Shown piece after piece: positions 17,652 to 26,998 of a DNA stretch of 64,000 nt. Position numbers and translations under genes: made by a program. This DNA comes from Patescibacteria group bacterium. Its GTDB lineage: Bacteria; Patescibacteriota; Minisyncoccia; JAHIHE01; JAGLIN01. The first letter of the stretch is position 1; each line of letters opens with the position of its first letter. Under the pieces are notes generated by a model that saw only the letters and a program-made list of their open reading frames with translations, searched no databases and was not told the DNA's origin. The stretch lies in NCBI GenBank assembly GCA_041670805.1, contig JBAXYM010000001.1, positions 29,612 through 93,611 on the forward strand. Direction: 5' to 3'.

Positions 17652-18080
17652 ATGGAAAATATGTTGAAATCCGGGAAGGACTTTATTGGGATTGGTGTTT
17701 TTGCTTTAATAAAAAATGGAAAAGGAGAAATACTTTTGACTAAAGCCAAATCCTCAGAAAAGAGGGGGAAAGATTATGAAGGCATTTGGTCAATGTCCGG
17801 CGGAACCTTGGAATTCGGAGAAACATGCGAGGAAGGACTTGAAAGAGAGATTATGGAAGAATTGGGAATTAACATTTCCGATATAAAGTTATTAAATTAT
17901 AACGACTACATCAAAGACGAAAAACATTGGCTGGCTCTTAACTTCTCAGCGCAAACCAAAGAAGAAGCGAGGAATATGGAACTCGAGAAGAATGAAGAAA
18001 TGAAATGGTTTAGTCTTGAAGACATTCCACAGAATGTTTCTCCTTATACAAAGGAATGCTGGGAGATTTTGCTTGCATGA
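17652..18080 (+). CDS. NUDIX hydrolase
   Basis: Canonical Nudix box 'GGTLEFGETCEEGLEREIMEELGI'. Confidence 0.85.
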   Translation: MENMLKSGKDFIGIGVFALIKNGKGEILLTKAKSSEKRGKDYEGIWSMSGGTLEFGETCEEGLEREIMEELGINISDIKLLNYNDYIKDEKHWLALNFSAQTKEEARNMELEKNEEMKWFSLEDIPQNVSPYTKECWEILLA

Positions 18081-18224
18081 TTTTGTCTCTAGGCTTGACA
18101 TACGTGATATATTGTGCCATCCTATAAGCATGAGAACTGAGAAGATAGAAATTAAGTTGTTTCATTTGGAGACATACTAAGAAATAGGCTTGAACAACGA
18201 GGAATAGAGCCTAACCGGGAAAAT

Positions 18225-18695
18225 TTGCACAGAGAGAGTGCAAGAATGCTTGAAGAAGGAATACCTCACTCGGAGTCCATTCCTTGGATGATGAGAAATC
18301 TGCCAGACCTTGGTTGGTACAATGGAGTTGTTGCTATCGATGGGATAAGGCATCCTGCTGCGGACGAAAGTATGGAAGAATTGTTCCCTTCTTCTATCCT
18401 GGTCTTCTGCGATTGTCCCGAGAAGGAAATTATACGAAGGGTATGCAAAAGAGATGGAGTTACTGAAAAAGAGGCCAAAAAATTTCTGGGCAATCAAGCT
18501 GAGGAAGATCACAGAGAATATTTCCTGAGAAAGGCGGACTTTATCATCACTCCCGCTACCGATTTAAAAGAAGTGGTAAAACAAATTGGATTGTTATTAA
18601 AATCCAATGGAAATTCACTAGTCATCGGCATTGCAGGAAGAATGGGTGCCGGCAAATCAACATTCGCCAATACTTTGGTGGAATATCTTTCTTAG
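18225..18695 (+). pseudogene. permuted/fragmented P-loop nucleotide kinase (dephospho-CoA-kinase-like C-terminal part followed by N-terminal Walker A 'GIAGRMGAGKST' and a stop)
   Basis: The ORF ends 17 aa after the P-loop. Upstream residues resemble the kinase C-terminal region ('VVAIDGIRHP...FIITPATDLKEVVKQI'). Confidence 0.4.
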
Positions 18696-18920
18696 GAGGA
18701 AAAATGAAAAACGATTTCAGGTTTAGCGGCTGATCCGGAATAATTTTGGATTAGGAACTAAACCTTATTTTTATTACGTTCAAAATGCTCCGCCCGATCC
18801 CATTATGAGAGGAGGAAAAAATAAGTATTGTTTCTCATTTAAACCTATTCTTGTTACGCTTCGGAACACGCGCGATAACGTCTCTGGATCCAGGTTCTGA
18901 AAAATAGGTTACTTATCTTA

Positions 18921-19060
18921 CGCACATTACTAAGCCGGTAAAAATGAAATATAATGCTTGTCTTGCATAGCTACGGGATTCCGGATATTTCGGAGTACCG
19001 AAATTCCGGAATGACAAATAGAGATTGATTTTATCTTTTGATTTGGCTAAAAGAAGCAAT
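18921..19060. repeat. family-A palindromic repeat (copy A2, reverse) with A' remnant
   Basis: 'gcatagctacgggattccggatatttcggagtaccgaaattccggaatgacaaatagagattg'. Confidence 0.85.
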
Positions 19061-19318
19061 TCAAAATGTGGGTTTTATTGCAGGAGAAGGAGCTTTGTCT
19101 GTCTGAGCAAAACTAGGATTGCTTACTAAAATATACAGAAATTTAATCGAAAGAACTCCTCGTCCGCTTGCGGCGGGTTCATTAAAAAATATAAAAGTGG
19201 AGCCACTGACAGAAAGCAATAAAAGTGCTAAATTTAGAGTATACACAGTAAGAACAATAGGGCGTTGAATTCCCGCGTTTGTTTTGTGCTTTAAAAGTAA
19301 CAATCTTAACGAATATAA

Positions 19319-22300
19319 ATGCAAAAAATAAATAAGAAGCTTTCTGAAAAACTGTTTGCCGTGATTATGATACCGGGGGTTATTTTTGCGCAAGTAGGGA
19401 TGTCTTGGACGATAAACGATGCGAAAGCAGACGTTGCTTTTTTGAAGACGGCGGGCGATTTAAAATCTATCAGGAGTGATGCGGACGATTCTGCGGCGAA
19501 CGCAGGGGCGCAAAAGTCGGAGTATGTTCCGGGTGAGGTGATTGTGAAATTCAAGTCGGAGCGGATAAATTTGCGGAGCGTTACCGGAGCAAGGAAAGCT
19601 GACGCGTTTGCGAAAAATAAGAGTTTGGACAAGAAGGAGGATTTGGAAAAGGCGAATATTTCCGTTTTGGAAATCAACGATGAGAAAACGGTGGAAGAAA
19701 AAGTGGTGGAGCTGAAAAAGGACCCGAATGTCGAATATGCTCAGCCGAATTTTCAATATCACCTTTCGGCGATAGACACAAACGACACTTATAAAAATAA
19801 TCTCTGGGGTCTGGACAACACGGGGCAAACCGTCAATGGCGTTTCGGGTACTGCGGACGCTGACATCGACGCTCCCGAAGCTTGGGCGGTCAAAGGGAGT
19901 GCAAACGCATCAGTCACGGTTGCCGTCATTGATACCGGAGTGGCTTACAATCATCCTGATCTTATTAACGATATGTGGGACGGTGCCGCTTGCAAAGATG
20001 AAAATGGCGCGAGTCTGGGAGGCTGCAATCACGGTTATGATTTTGGAGATGAAGACAAAACGCCCTTGCCTACCACCAGTTCGCACGGAACTCATGTCGC
20101 AGGGACTATTGCGGCGGAAAAAAATAATGGCGCGGGAATTGTCGGAGTGGCGCCGCAAGCAAAAATAATGGCACTGAAAACTTCTCTGACCACTGATGAG
20201 ATTGTAAAAAGCATCAGCTTTGCGGGGCAAAATGGGGCGAAAGTAATCAATGCAAGCTGGGGAGGAGGCGCAACCGGTTGCAGTGCGGCTATCGACCAGG
20301 CTCTTTATAACGCCATTGACAGTTTCGACGGGCTGTTCATTACGGCAGCGGGAAACAGCGCGCAGAATCACGACGGATCTTCTTATTTCGATTCTCCCGC
20401 CGATTATGGGCATGCGACTTCTTGTTGGGCAGGCTTGGATAATGTCATAAGCGTGGCCGCAACAAATCAAACGGACGCGCTTGCCTCGTTTTCCGACTAT
20501 GGCGCCAACTATATTGATGTCGGCGCACCGGGAGTAAATATTTACAGCACGGTTTCCGGATCTACCGCATCGGGGTCGGCTGATATTACAGGTACCACTG
20601 CGTCCGATGAAACTTTTGAAACTGTCACAGCTCCGTCTCTTCCCAATGGCTGGACCGGTGGAGGAGAGACGAGCAACGGGTGGGGGACTTATGATCTTGG
20701 TGGCGTTTGGGGCAAGGTGTTGTATGGCGATTTGGCAAGGGGCTCTTATGTGAGTAACGCAAATACTTTCGTAACTTCTCCTGCCTACAATCTCAGCTCG
20801 ACCAGAGAAGCGAGCGTTGGCTTTTGGGCGAGATGCGACACGGAATACAGTCTGAATTCCTGGACCGATTATATGGCGCTTGAATATAGCGATGACGATT
20901 TCGCCACTTTTGCGGAAATTGCAAAATGGGACGAGCCTTATCTCGATGAACTGAACTCCGATTCAAATCAGAACGGAAGCGTCAATTACTATCTCAGTTA
21001 TAATATTTCCAATCAATATTTGACCGATGATTTCAAATTTCGTTTCAGATGGAAAACCAATTCTTCCGCCAATAATTTTGATGGTTGCCTAGTGGATGAC
21101 ATAAAGATTACAACATACGCGGACGTAGACGGTTCTGCGGGAGAATATAGCTATTACAACGGCACTTCAATGGCGACGCCGCACGTTGTCGGACTGGCGG
21201 CGCTCATTATGGGATACAAACCAACGCTTACTTATGCGCAAGTAAAAGACTTGATTATGAACACAGGAGACTCGTTGCCCGCGCTCACCGGCAAGACGGT
21301 TACGGGGAAAAGAATCAATGCATTCAACGCTTTATTTTCTTTGCGTTCGGATACTATTGCTCCGATCTTGAGAGAAATGGCGCCGGTGCCTGCGATTTCG
21401 GAAGACACGACTCCCGATTATATTTTCAGTTCGGACGAGGTCGGAGCCGTTACTTACGGCGGAAGCTGCGGCAATGGCAGCATTTCTCAGGCGATTGCCG
21501 GTACGAACACGGCGAACTTCACCTTGAGCGCGGGAACTTACAGCAACTGCGCGATTGTGGTAACAGACAATATGGATAATGCCAGCGCATCACTGAGTAT
21601 TCCTTCATTTACAATCAGCCCCGCAACGACTCTCGGAAAATCCATACTCTTTTTCGGTTTCGGGCAAAGTGCGGGCGTTATCGATGAAACCGAGCATACG
21701 ATAGAATTGACCGTGCCTTACGGAACGGACATCACGGCGCTTTCTCCAACCATAACACTTTCGACCGGAGCGACCGTTTTGCCGGCTTCCGGATCGGCGC
21801 AGAATTTTACGACTTCTCAAATTTACACCGTTACCGCCGGTGAGGATGCATCCTCTCAATCGTACACGGTAAATGTTGTTGTAAGTCCCAATCCGGATAT
21901 TGCTTCCGTAGCCGCGGACAAAGAAGCCCTAACGGAAAGCTTAATTTTGGGAACAAACACAGGTCTAAGCAATATAATCGCGGCGCTGGCAAATCCGCTG
22001 CCTTCTTCGGGCTCAAACGGCTCGGTGATTTCTTGGGCCTCCAACTTGCCTCAAGTCGTTTCAAATATCGGTTCCGTGACAAGACCCGCCTTTGCGACCG
22101 GGGACGCAGAAGTGGTCTTGACTGCGATCCTGACAAAAGGGATTATTACAGACACCAAAAGTTTTACTCTCACAATAAAAGAAGCTCTTAACCCCGCCAA
22201 AGATATTCTCTCGTTTAATTTTACAGGGCTAAGTCCGCAAGTTGTCGGCAGTATCAGCGGCACGAATATATCTCTGACTGTTCCTTACGGCACCGTCGTA

Positions 22301-23428
22301 ACCTCTCTGGTTCCAACCGTTACGATTTCCGAAGGGGCGACGATAAGTCCCGCCAGCGGTGTAGCGCAGAATTTTACAACTTCTCAAGCTTACACAGTCA
22401 CCGCCGCCGACAGTTCAACTAAAATATATACCGTTACCGTGACAATATCCGCAAGTTCTGGCGGCGGAGGTAGCAGCGGTGGAGGTGGTGGAGGAGGAGT
22501 GTCTATTGCCCCTGTTGTCACCAGTGTGTCAGCCGCCGACAAACCGTTGCAAATCAAGTCTTCCCAAGAGGGGACATTGAAGTGGTCTTTGGCTGGACAA
22601 AATGAAATTAAAGTCTCAATCCCGAAAGGCAGCGTAAATTCCACCACAACTTTCAGCGTGGAAAAGGGGAGCCTGCCCGAGAATTATACTCCCGAGAACG
22701 AAACGGATTCTTCTTTGTTCTCTGACCTGGTTTTCAATATCAACGCCGTGGACGGAAACAATATTGCCGTAAAACAATTCAATCAAAATTTGACCGTCCT
22801 GTTGACGGTTCCCGAACTTTTGGAAAATACATCGGGACTCAAAATTTATTATTTCGACGAGACGAACAAAAAATGGTCGCAGATAGAAAATGCGATTTTC
22901 GGAGCGGGCGCAATTACTTTCAAAGTCAATCATCTGACAAAATTCGCCGCGTTCAAAACCGTGCAGACAAACAGCAGCGAGTCGTCTGTCGTTGTTGCGA
23001 ATATTGCGAGCGCAACCACCAACACAACTGCAACCGTATCCGACGGAGACATTGTTCAGAGTAAGAACTCATCCAATCCTTTTGCCGTTTACATCGTTAA
23101 GATCGTAAACGGAAAGAAATATATACGGCACATTGTGAGTCTGGAAATCTTTAATCATTACAAACATCTGAAATGGGAGAACCTGAAACAGCTGGATTCT
23201 CTGGAAGGTTTTTCCTTGTCCGGCTGGGTGCGCGTAAATACCGGCAGCAACGGAACCGCCGGAGCGGGCGACAAAATTTATGAAATCAACGGTGACCAGA
23301 CCAAGCATTGGATAAATATGACCGCCGAACAATTTCTCTCTCACGGCGGATCTGAAAACGCGGTTTATTCCATAAATCAAGGCGAGACGAATCTATACGC
23401 TAACGGAGCGGATGTGCTGTCTTTGTAG
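19319..23428 (+). CDS. large secreted subtilisin-like serine protease (peptidase S8) with C-terminal repeat and Gly-rich linker domains
   Basis: Signal peptide. Catalytic triad motifs 'VAVIDTGV' (Asp), 'HGTHVAGTIAA' (His), 'GTSMATPHVVG' (Ser). Repeated roughly 90-aa modules ('NFTTSQ(I/A)YTVTA') and a 'SSGGGGSSGGGGGGG' linker. Confidence 0.9.
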   Translation: MQKINKKLSEKLFAVIMIPGVIFAQVGMSWTINDAKADVAFLKTAGDLKSIRSDADDSAANAGAQKSEYVPGEVIVKFKSERINLRSVTGARKADAFAKNKSLDKKEDLEKANISVLEINDEKTVEEKVVELKKDPNVEYAQPNFQYHLSAIDTNDTYKNNLWGLDNTGQTVNGVSGTADADIDAPEAWAVKGSANASVTVAVIDTGVAYNHPDLINDMWDGAACKDENGASLGGCNHGYDFGDEDKTPLPTTSSHGTHVAGTIAAEKNNGAGIVGVAPQAKIMALKTSLTTDEIVKSISFAGQNGAKVINASWGGGATGCSAAIDQALYNAIDSFDGLFITAAGNSAQNHDGSSYFDSPADYGHATSCWAGLDNVISVAATNQTDALASFSDYGANYIDVGAPGVNIYSTVSGSTASGSADITGTTASDETFETVTAPSLPNGWTGGGETSNGWGTYDLGGVWGKVLYGDLARGSYVSNANTFVTSPAYNLSSTREASVGFWARCDTEYSLNSWTDYMALEYSDDDFATFAEIAKWDEPYLDELNSDSNQNGSVNYYLSYNISNQYLTDDFKFRFRWKTNSSANNFDGCLVDDIKITTYADVDGSAGEYSYYNGTSMATPHVVGLAALIMGYKPTLTYAQVKDLIMNTGDSLPALTGKTVTGKRINAFNALFSLRSDTIAPILREMAPVPAISEDTTPDYIFSSDEVGAVTYGGSCGNGSISQAIAGTNTANFTLSAGTYSNCAIVVTDNMDNASASLSIPSFTISPATTLGKSILFFGFGQSAGVIDETEHTIELTVPYGTDITALSPTITLSTGATVLPASGSAQNFTTSQIYTVTAGEDASSQSYTVNVVVSPNPDIASVAADKEALTESLILGTNTGLSNIIAALANPLPSSGSNGSVISWASNLPQVVSNIGSVTRPAFATGDAEVVLTAILTKGIITDTKSFTLTIKEALNPAKDILSFNFTGLSPQVVGSISGTNISLTVPYGTVVTSLVPTVTISEGATISPASGVAQNFTTSQAYTVTAADSSTKIYTVTVTISASSGGGGSSGGGGGGGVSIAPVVTSVSAADKPLQIKSSQEGTLKWSLAGQNEIKVSIPKGSVNSTTTFSVEKGSLPENYTPENETDSSLFSDLVFNINAVDGNNIAVKQFNQNLTVLLTVPELLENTSGLKIYYFDETNKKWSQIENAIFGAGAITFKVNHLTKFAAFKTVQTNSSESSVVVANIASATTNTTATVSDGDIVQSKNSSNPFAVYIVKIVNGKKYIRHIVSLEIFNHYKHLKWENLKQLDSLEGFSLSGWVRVNTGSNGTAGAGDKIYEINGDQTKHWINMTAEQFLSHGGSENAVYSINQGETNLYANGADVLSL

Positions 23429-23482
23429 ATCCTTATATAGAAAATCAGGGTATGAGTAAAAATAGACGTTATCTTAAGTTGG

Positions 23483-23594
23483 CGGAGTGGCACGGCTTCA
23501 GCCTGCGCCGCTGTCCAAATGCGGGAAGAACAAATGTGTGCAATCGCTCTATTTGCTTGGGACAACCGCGCAGGCTAAAGCCATGCTACTCCGT
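23483..23594. repeat. family-D MITE-like repeat (copy D2) with about 26-bp terminal inverted repeats
   Basis: 'ggagtggcacggcttcagcctgcgcc ... ggacaaccgcgcaggctaaagccatgctactccgt'. Confidence 0.85.
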
Positions 23595-23707
23595 GTTATA
23601 TTTTTCGGGGATGGAAAAATTAGACAATAAAAAGAAAATAATGTAGACTATATTTAATCGAACATATTTTTTGGAATTTTTGAGATTGAAAAAAATAAAG
23701 AGCATAT

Positions 23708-25039
23708 ATGCAGTTCCACAAAAATTACCAAATCAAAAAAATAAAAGAAATTTGCCTTCTTGTATTGGCACTGTTTTTTGTCACCTTTGCCTTGTCAAAG
23801 CTATCGGAAATGCCGGAACAATTGAAATTGTCGGACGGTGCGGCAATTTCCGAGCAGACTCCGACAGGAAGCTCGATTTGTCATGCGGCATCGGCAAAAA
23901 CACGGACTTCGTCATCTCGCAACACATCTTCAGATAGTAGTGTATCGCAATCCGTAACCGCAAAAGATTCAGGAATTTTCGCTCAGGAAAATTCCCAGGC
24001 GAGCACGATTGCACAGCAATTGGCGGCGACCGTTAAGGCTGAGAATATTATTGATAACGGTTTTGGGATAGCTGCCGGAGGAGAACTTATTTATTGGCAG
24101 CAGGAGGATTTGAATAAATTTTTTCAAGAATTAAATAATTTGGGGGTGACTTGGGTGCGCTGGGATGTCGATTGGCAGACAATCCAGCCCGATAATTCGC
24201 AAAAATATAATTGGGAGGGGGCCGATCGCGTTGCCGCCACTGCCAAAAAATACGGCGTTAAATCGCTTGGAATCGTAACTTACGCGCCGAAATGGGCGAG
24301 CAGGAAATCTTGCCCTGATGACAAGCTGTGTCCTCCCGAGAGTGCCGATGCTTTTGCAGATTTTGCCGGCACTGCCGCGCAAAGATATAAAGGCTTGGTC
24401 GACGATTGGGAAATTTGGAATGAGCCCAATGAGCAAACATACTGGTACCCGTTGCCCGATGCCGCAGACTATACCCAATTGCTAAAAGCCGCCTATGTCA
24501 AAATCAAAGAAGCGAACCCCGATGCGGTTGTGGTTTCCGCGGGGCTGACTGATATGGGCGATGAAGCCGGGGTCAGTATATCGCCGTTGAATTTCGTAAA
24601 CACAATGTACGAGAACGGAGCCAAAGACTATTTTGATATTATGGCCTTGCATCCTTACACCTATCCCGGATACGACTATGGCTGGCCGCAAATCATTGCC
24701 ATTTGGAAAGCTATGGATCAGAACGGCGATAGCGGAAAGAAAATATGGCTCACGGAATACGGCGCTCCCACCGACGGACCGGGCAAGGCGTTTGAAATCG
24801 GAGAGGAGGGATTCTCTTATGGGGAAGATTTTATGAGCGAAGAGGCTCAGAGCCGGATGGCGGAAAGCGTTTTTGCTTTCAGATCCGCAAATCCCGAACG
24901 GATAGGAAATATTTTTTGGTATTCTCTATGCGACAGCAGCGCCGACAAATCCACGCCGGAAAATTTCTTCGGAATATTGCGCTATGACGGCACCAAAAAG
25001 CCGGTTTATCAGACACTAAAGGATCTTTTTGCGAGATAA
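23708..25039 (+). CDS. secreted glycoside hydrolase, clan GH-A (GH5/GH39-like TIM barrel)
   Basis: N-terminal TM/signal. Acid/base motif 'WEIWNEPN' and nucleophile motif 'IWLTEYG'. Confidence 0.7.
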   Translation: MQFHKNYQIKKIKEICLLVLALFFVTFALSKLSEMPEQLKLSDGAAISEQTPTGSSICHAASAKTRTSSSRNTSSDSSVSQSVTAKDSGIFAQENSQASTIAQQLAATVKAENIIDNGFGIAAGGELIYWQQEDLNKFFQELNNLGVTWVRWDVDWQTIQPDNSQKYNWEGADRVAATAKKYGVKSLGIVTYAPKWASRKSCPDDKLCPPESADAFADFAGTAAQRYKGLVDDWEIWNEPNEQTYWYPLPDAADYTQLLKAAYVKIKEANPDAVVVSAGLTDMGDEAGVSISPLNFVNTMYENGAKDYFDIMALHPYTYPGYDYGWPQIIAIWKAMDQNGDSGKKIWLTEYGAPTDGPGKAFEIGEEGFSYGEDFMSEEAQSRMAESVFAFRSANPERIGNIFWYSLCDSSADKSTPENFFGILRYDGTKKPVYQTLKDLFAR

Positions 25040-25294
25040 TAAATGTTTTTATGCAAGAAAAGCTTGGTGGAATAATACGGGAAAAATTCTAAAAAGCAAA
25101 ATCCAAACGGATAAAATTCGGTAACAATTGCCAATCGGCAACAACCGCAGATCCGCACTTCTAAAACGAATGCCATCGATGCCATCTCTTTGTTAAACGC
25201 ACGAAAGCCGCGCAGCTAGCAAATCGGAGTTTAAAGCATCGATGGTTTTTTTGTTCAGGAAAAACCATCGATGCCGGATAACGGTAAAAACAAT

Positions 25295-25512
25295 CTTTTT
25301 TGTCATTCCGGAATTTCGGTACTCCGAAATATCCGGAATCCCGTAGCTATGCAAAGCAATTATTGCATTTCATTTTTATGAGTGTATTTTGCATTATGGA
25401 TTTCGGATCACACCAGAAATGGTGTGAACCACGCGGGACAAAACGTTCTTACCGTAGTATTTCACACCATCTCTGGTGTGGTCCGGATGCAAAACCAGGT
25501 TTCTGATTGATA
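25295..25512. repeat. composite repeat: family A (copy A3, forward) + linker + family B (copy B2)
   Basis: 'gtcattccggaatttcggtactccgaaatatccggaatcccgtagctatgcaa...' then 'cacaccagaaatggtgtga...tcacaccatctctggtgtg'. Confidence 0.9.
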
Positions 25513-25608
25513 CAAATTTTTGCTCGCTTCCTTCCTTGACAAATTCTGCAAAATCTGCTATTCTCCATGGTTAAGTCTTAAGGGATATAACCGGATAAAT
25601 ATCGCACT

Positions 25609-26190
25609 ATGAACGCATCGGATTTGCTGGAAACAGCTTTGTTGCACAATGGAATGACGGTGGGGAAGAACAACACGCTGCGAATGGCGGATGGTTCGGT
25701 TTTATCATACTTGCGAGAGTCTCGTCCGCGCAAGCAAAAGGGCAAGGGCAAGCTTTTATTTCTCTCTCTGTTGATAATGATTACGCTTTGCCTTTCTGCA
25801 AACCGTTTTGCTTCCGGCAGCCAAGCTTGGATTTATCGGCAGATGGACAAAATGCTGTTAATCCCCAGAGGGGAATCGTTTACCGCACTCTATTTTGAAT
25901 ATTACGAGGACCTGCCGACTGCATTTGAAGCTGATGAGGTTGTAAGTTTCACTTTTACAATCAAAAACTCGGAAGGCTACGATAAAGAATATGCTTATGA
26001 CGCATATTTCAAAGACGGAATACATCAGGGGAGCCTTTCCGTGGACAAGGGTAAAGTTTTTATAAAAAACGGAGAGAGCCGGACTATTTCCGAATCATAC
26101 GTTTTCGCTCAAAAATATAAGCAAGAAACCCTGTTTGTTGAACTTCCCGAGAGCGGGCAAAAGATACATTTTGTTTTAAAAAATAATTAA
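25609..26190 (+). CDS. hypothetical membrane-anchored protein
   Basis: 193 aa, one TM after a basic stretch. Confidence 0.4.
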   Translation: MNASDLLETALLHNGMTVGKNNTLRMADGSVLSYLRESRPRKQKGKGKLLFLSLLIMITLCLSANRFASGSQAWIYRQMDKMLLIPRGESFTALYFEYYEDLPTAFEADEVVSFTFTIKNSEGYDKEYAYDAYFKDGIHQGSLSVDKGKVFIKNGESRTISESYVFAQKYKQETLFVELPESGQKIHFVLKNN

Positions 26191-26197
26191 TAAACAT

Positions 26198-26914
26198 ATG
26201 AAAATCTCATTCATCATCCCCGCGCTCAATGAAGAGGCGGGAATCGAAGCGGTTATAAGGCAGATAGCGACTGCCGGACTGGATGAGGCAGGCTATGAGA
26301 AGGAAATCATCGTCGTGGACAACGGTTCCGAGGACCGTACCGGTGAGATAGCGCGCAGTTGCGGCGCGACGGTCGTAAAAGAATGCAAACAGGGATACGG
26401 CAACGCCTACAAAGCGGGGTTTGCGAAAGCGACCGGCGACATCATTATTACCGGCGATGCGGATATGACCTACCCATTTGACCACTCTCCGGAATTGATA
26501 GAATATCTTTTGACAAATGATTTGGAATTTCTTAACACCAATCGGCTGGAAAAATTGAATCCCGGGCTGGTGGCACATCTCCACGCGCTGGGCACGTTTG
26601 CTCTGACGGTAACAATAAAGCTTTTTTTCAAATGCCCCTTCCGCGACTCGCAGTCGGGAATGTGGATTTTCAAACGCTATATTTTGGATACGATTTCAGT
26701 AGAGTCTCCCGGTATGCCTTTTTCGCAGGAAATCAAGATTGAGGCTTTTACCCGCGGCTTTCGGTGCGCGGAAGTGCCAATCGAATATCGTCCGCGCGTC
26801 GGCGAATCAAAGTTGAACACTTTTCACGACGGATGGGGCGCATTCAAACATCTCTTTCAAAGACGGCTGGCGGCAAATAAAAAAAGAGGGACCGCCAATG
26901 ATAAATCAGCTTAA
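26198..26914 (+). CDS. glycosyltransferase family 2 (DPM1-like)
   Basis: 'ISFIIPALNEE...IIVVDNGSEDRT...ITGDADMTYP'. Confidence 0.8.
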   Translation: MKISFIIPALNEEAGIEAVIRQIATAGLDEAGYEKEIIVVDNGSEDRTGEIARSCGATVVKECKQGYGNAYKAGFAKATGDIIITGDADMTYPFDHSPELIEYLLTNDLEFLNTNRLEKLNPGLVAHLHALGTFALTVTIKLFFKCPFRDSQSGMWIFKRYILDTISVESPGMPFSQEIKIEAFTRGFRCAEVPIEYRPRVGESKLNTFHDGWGAFKHLFQRRLAANKKRGTANDKSA

Positions 26915-26998
26915 ACAAAAAGCAATCCCTTTACACGGAAAATGATATAAATCCGACCGGTTCGAAACAAAATTTTAAGAAATCTCACCGCTAAAATT

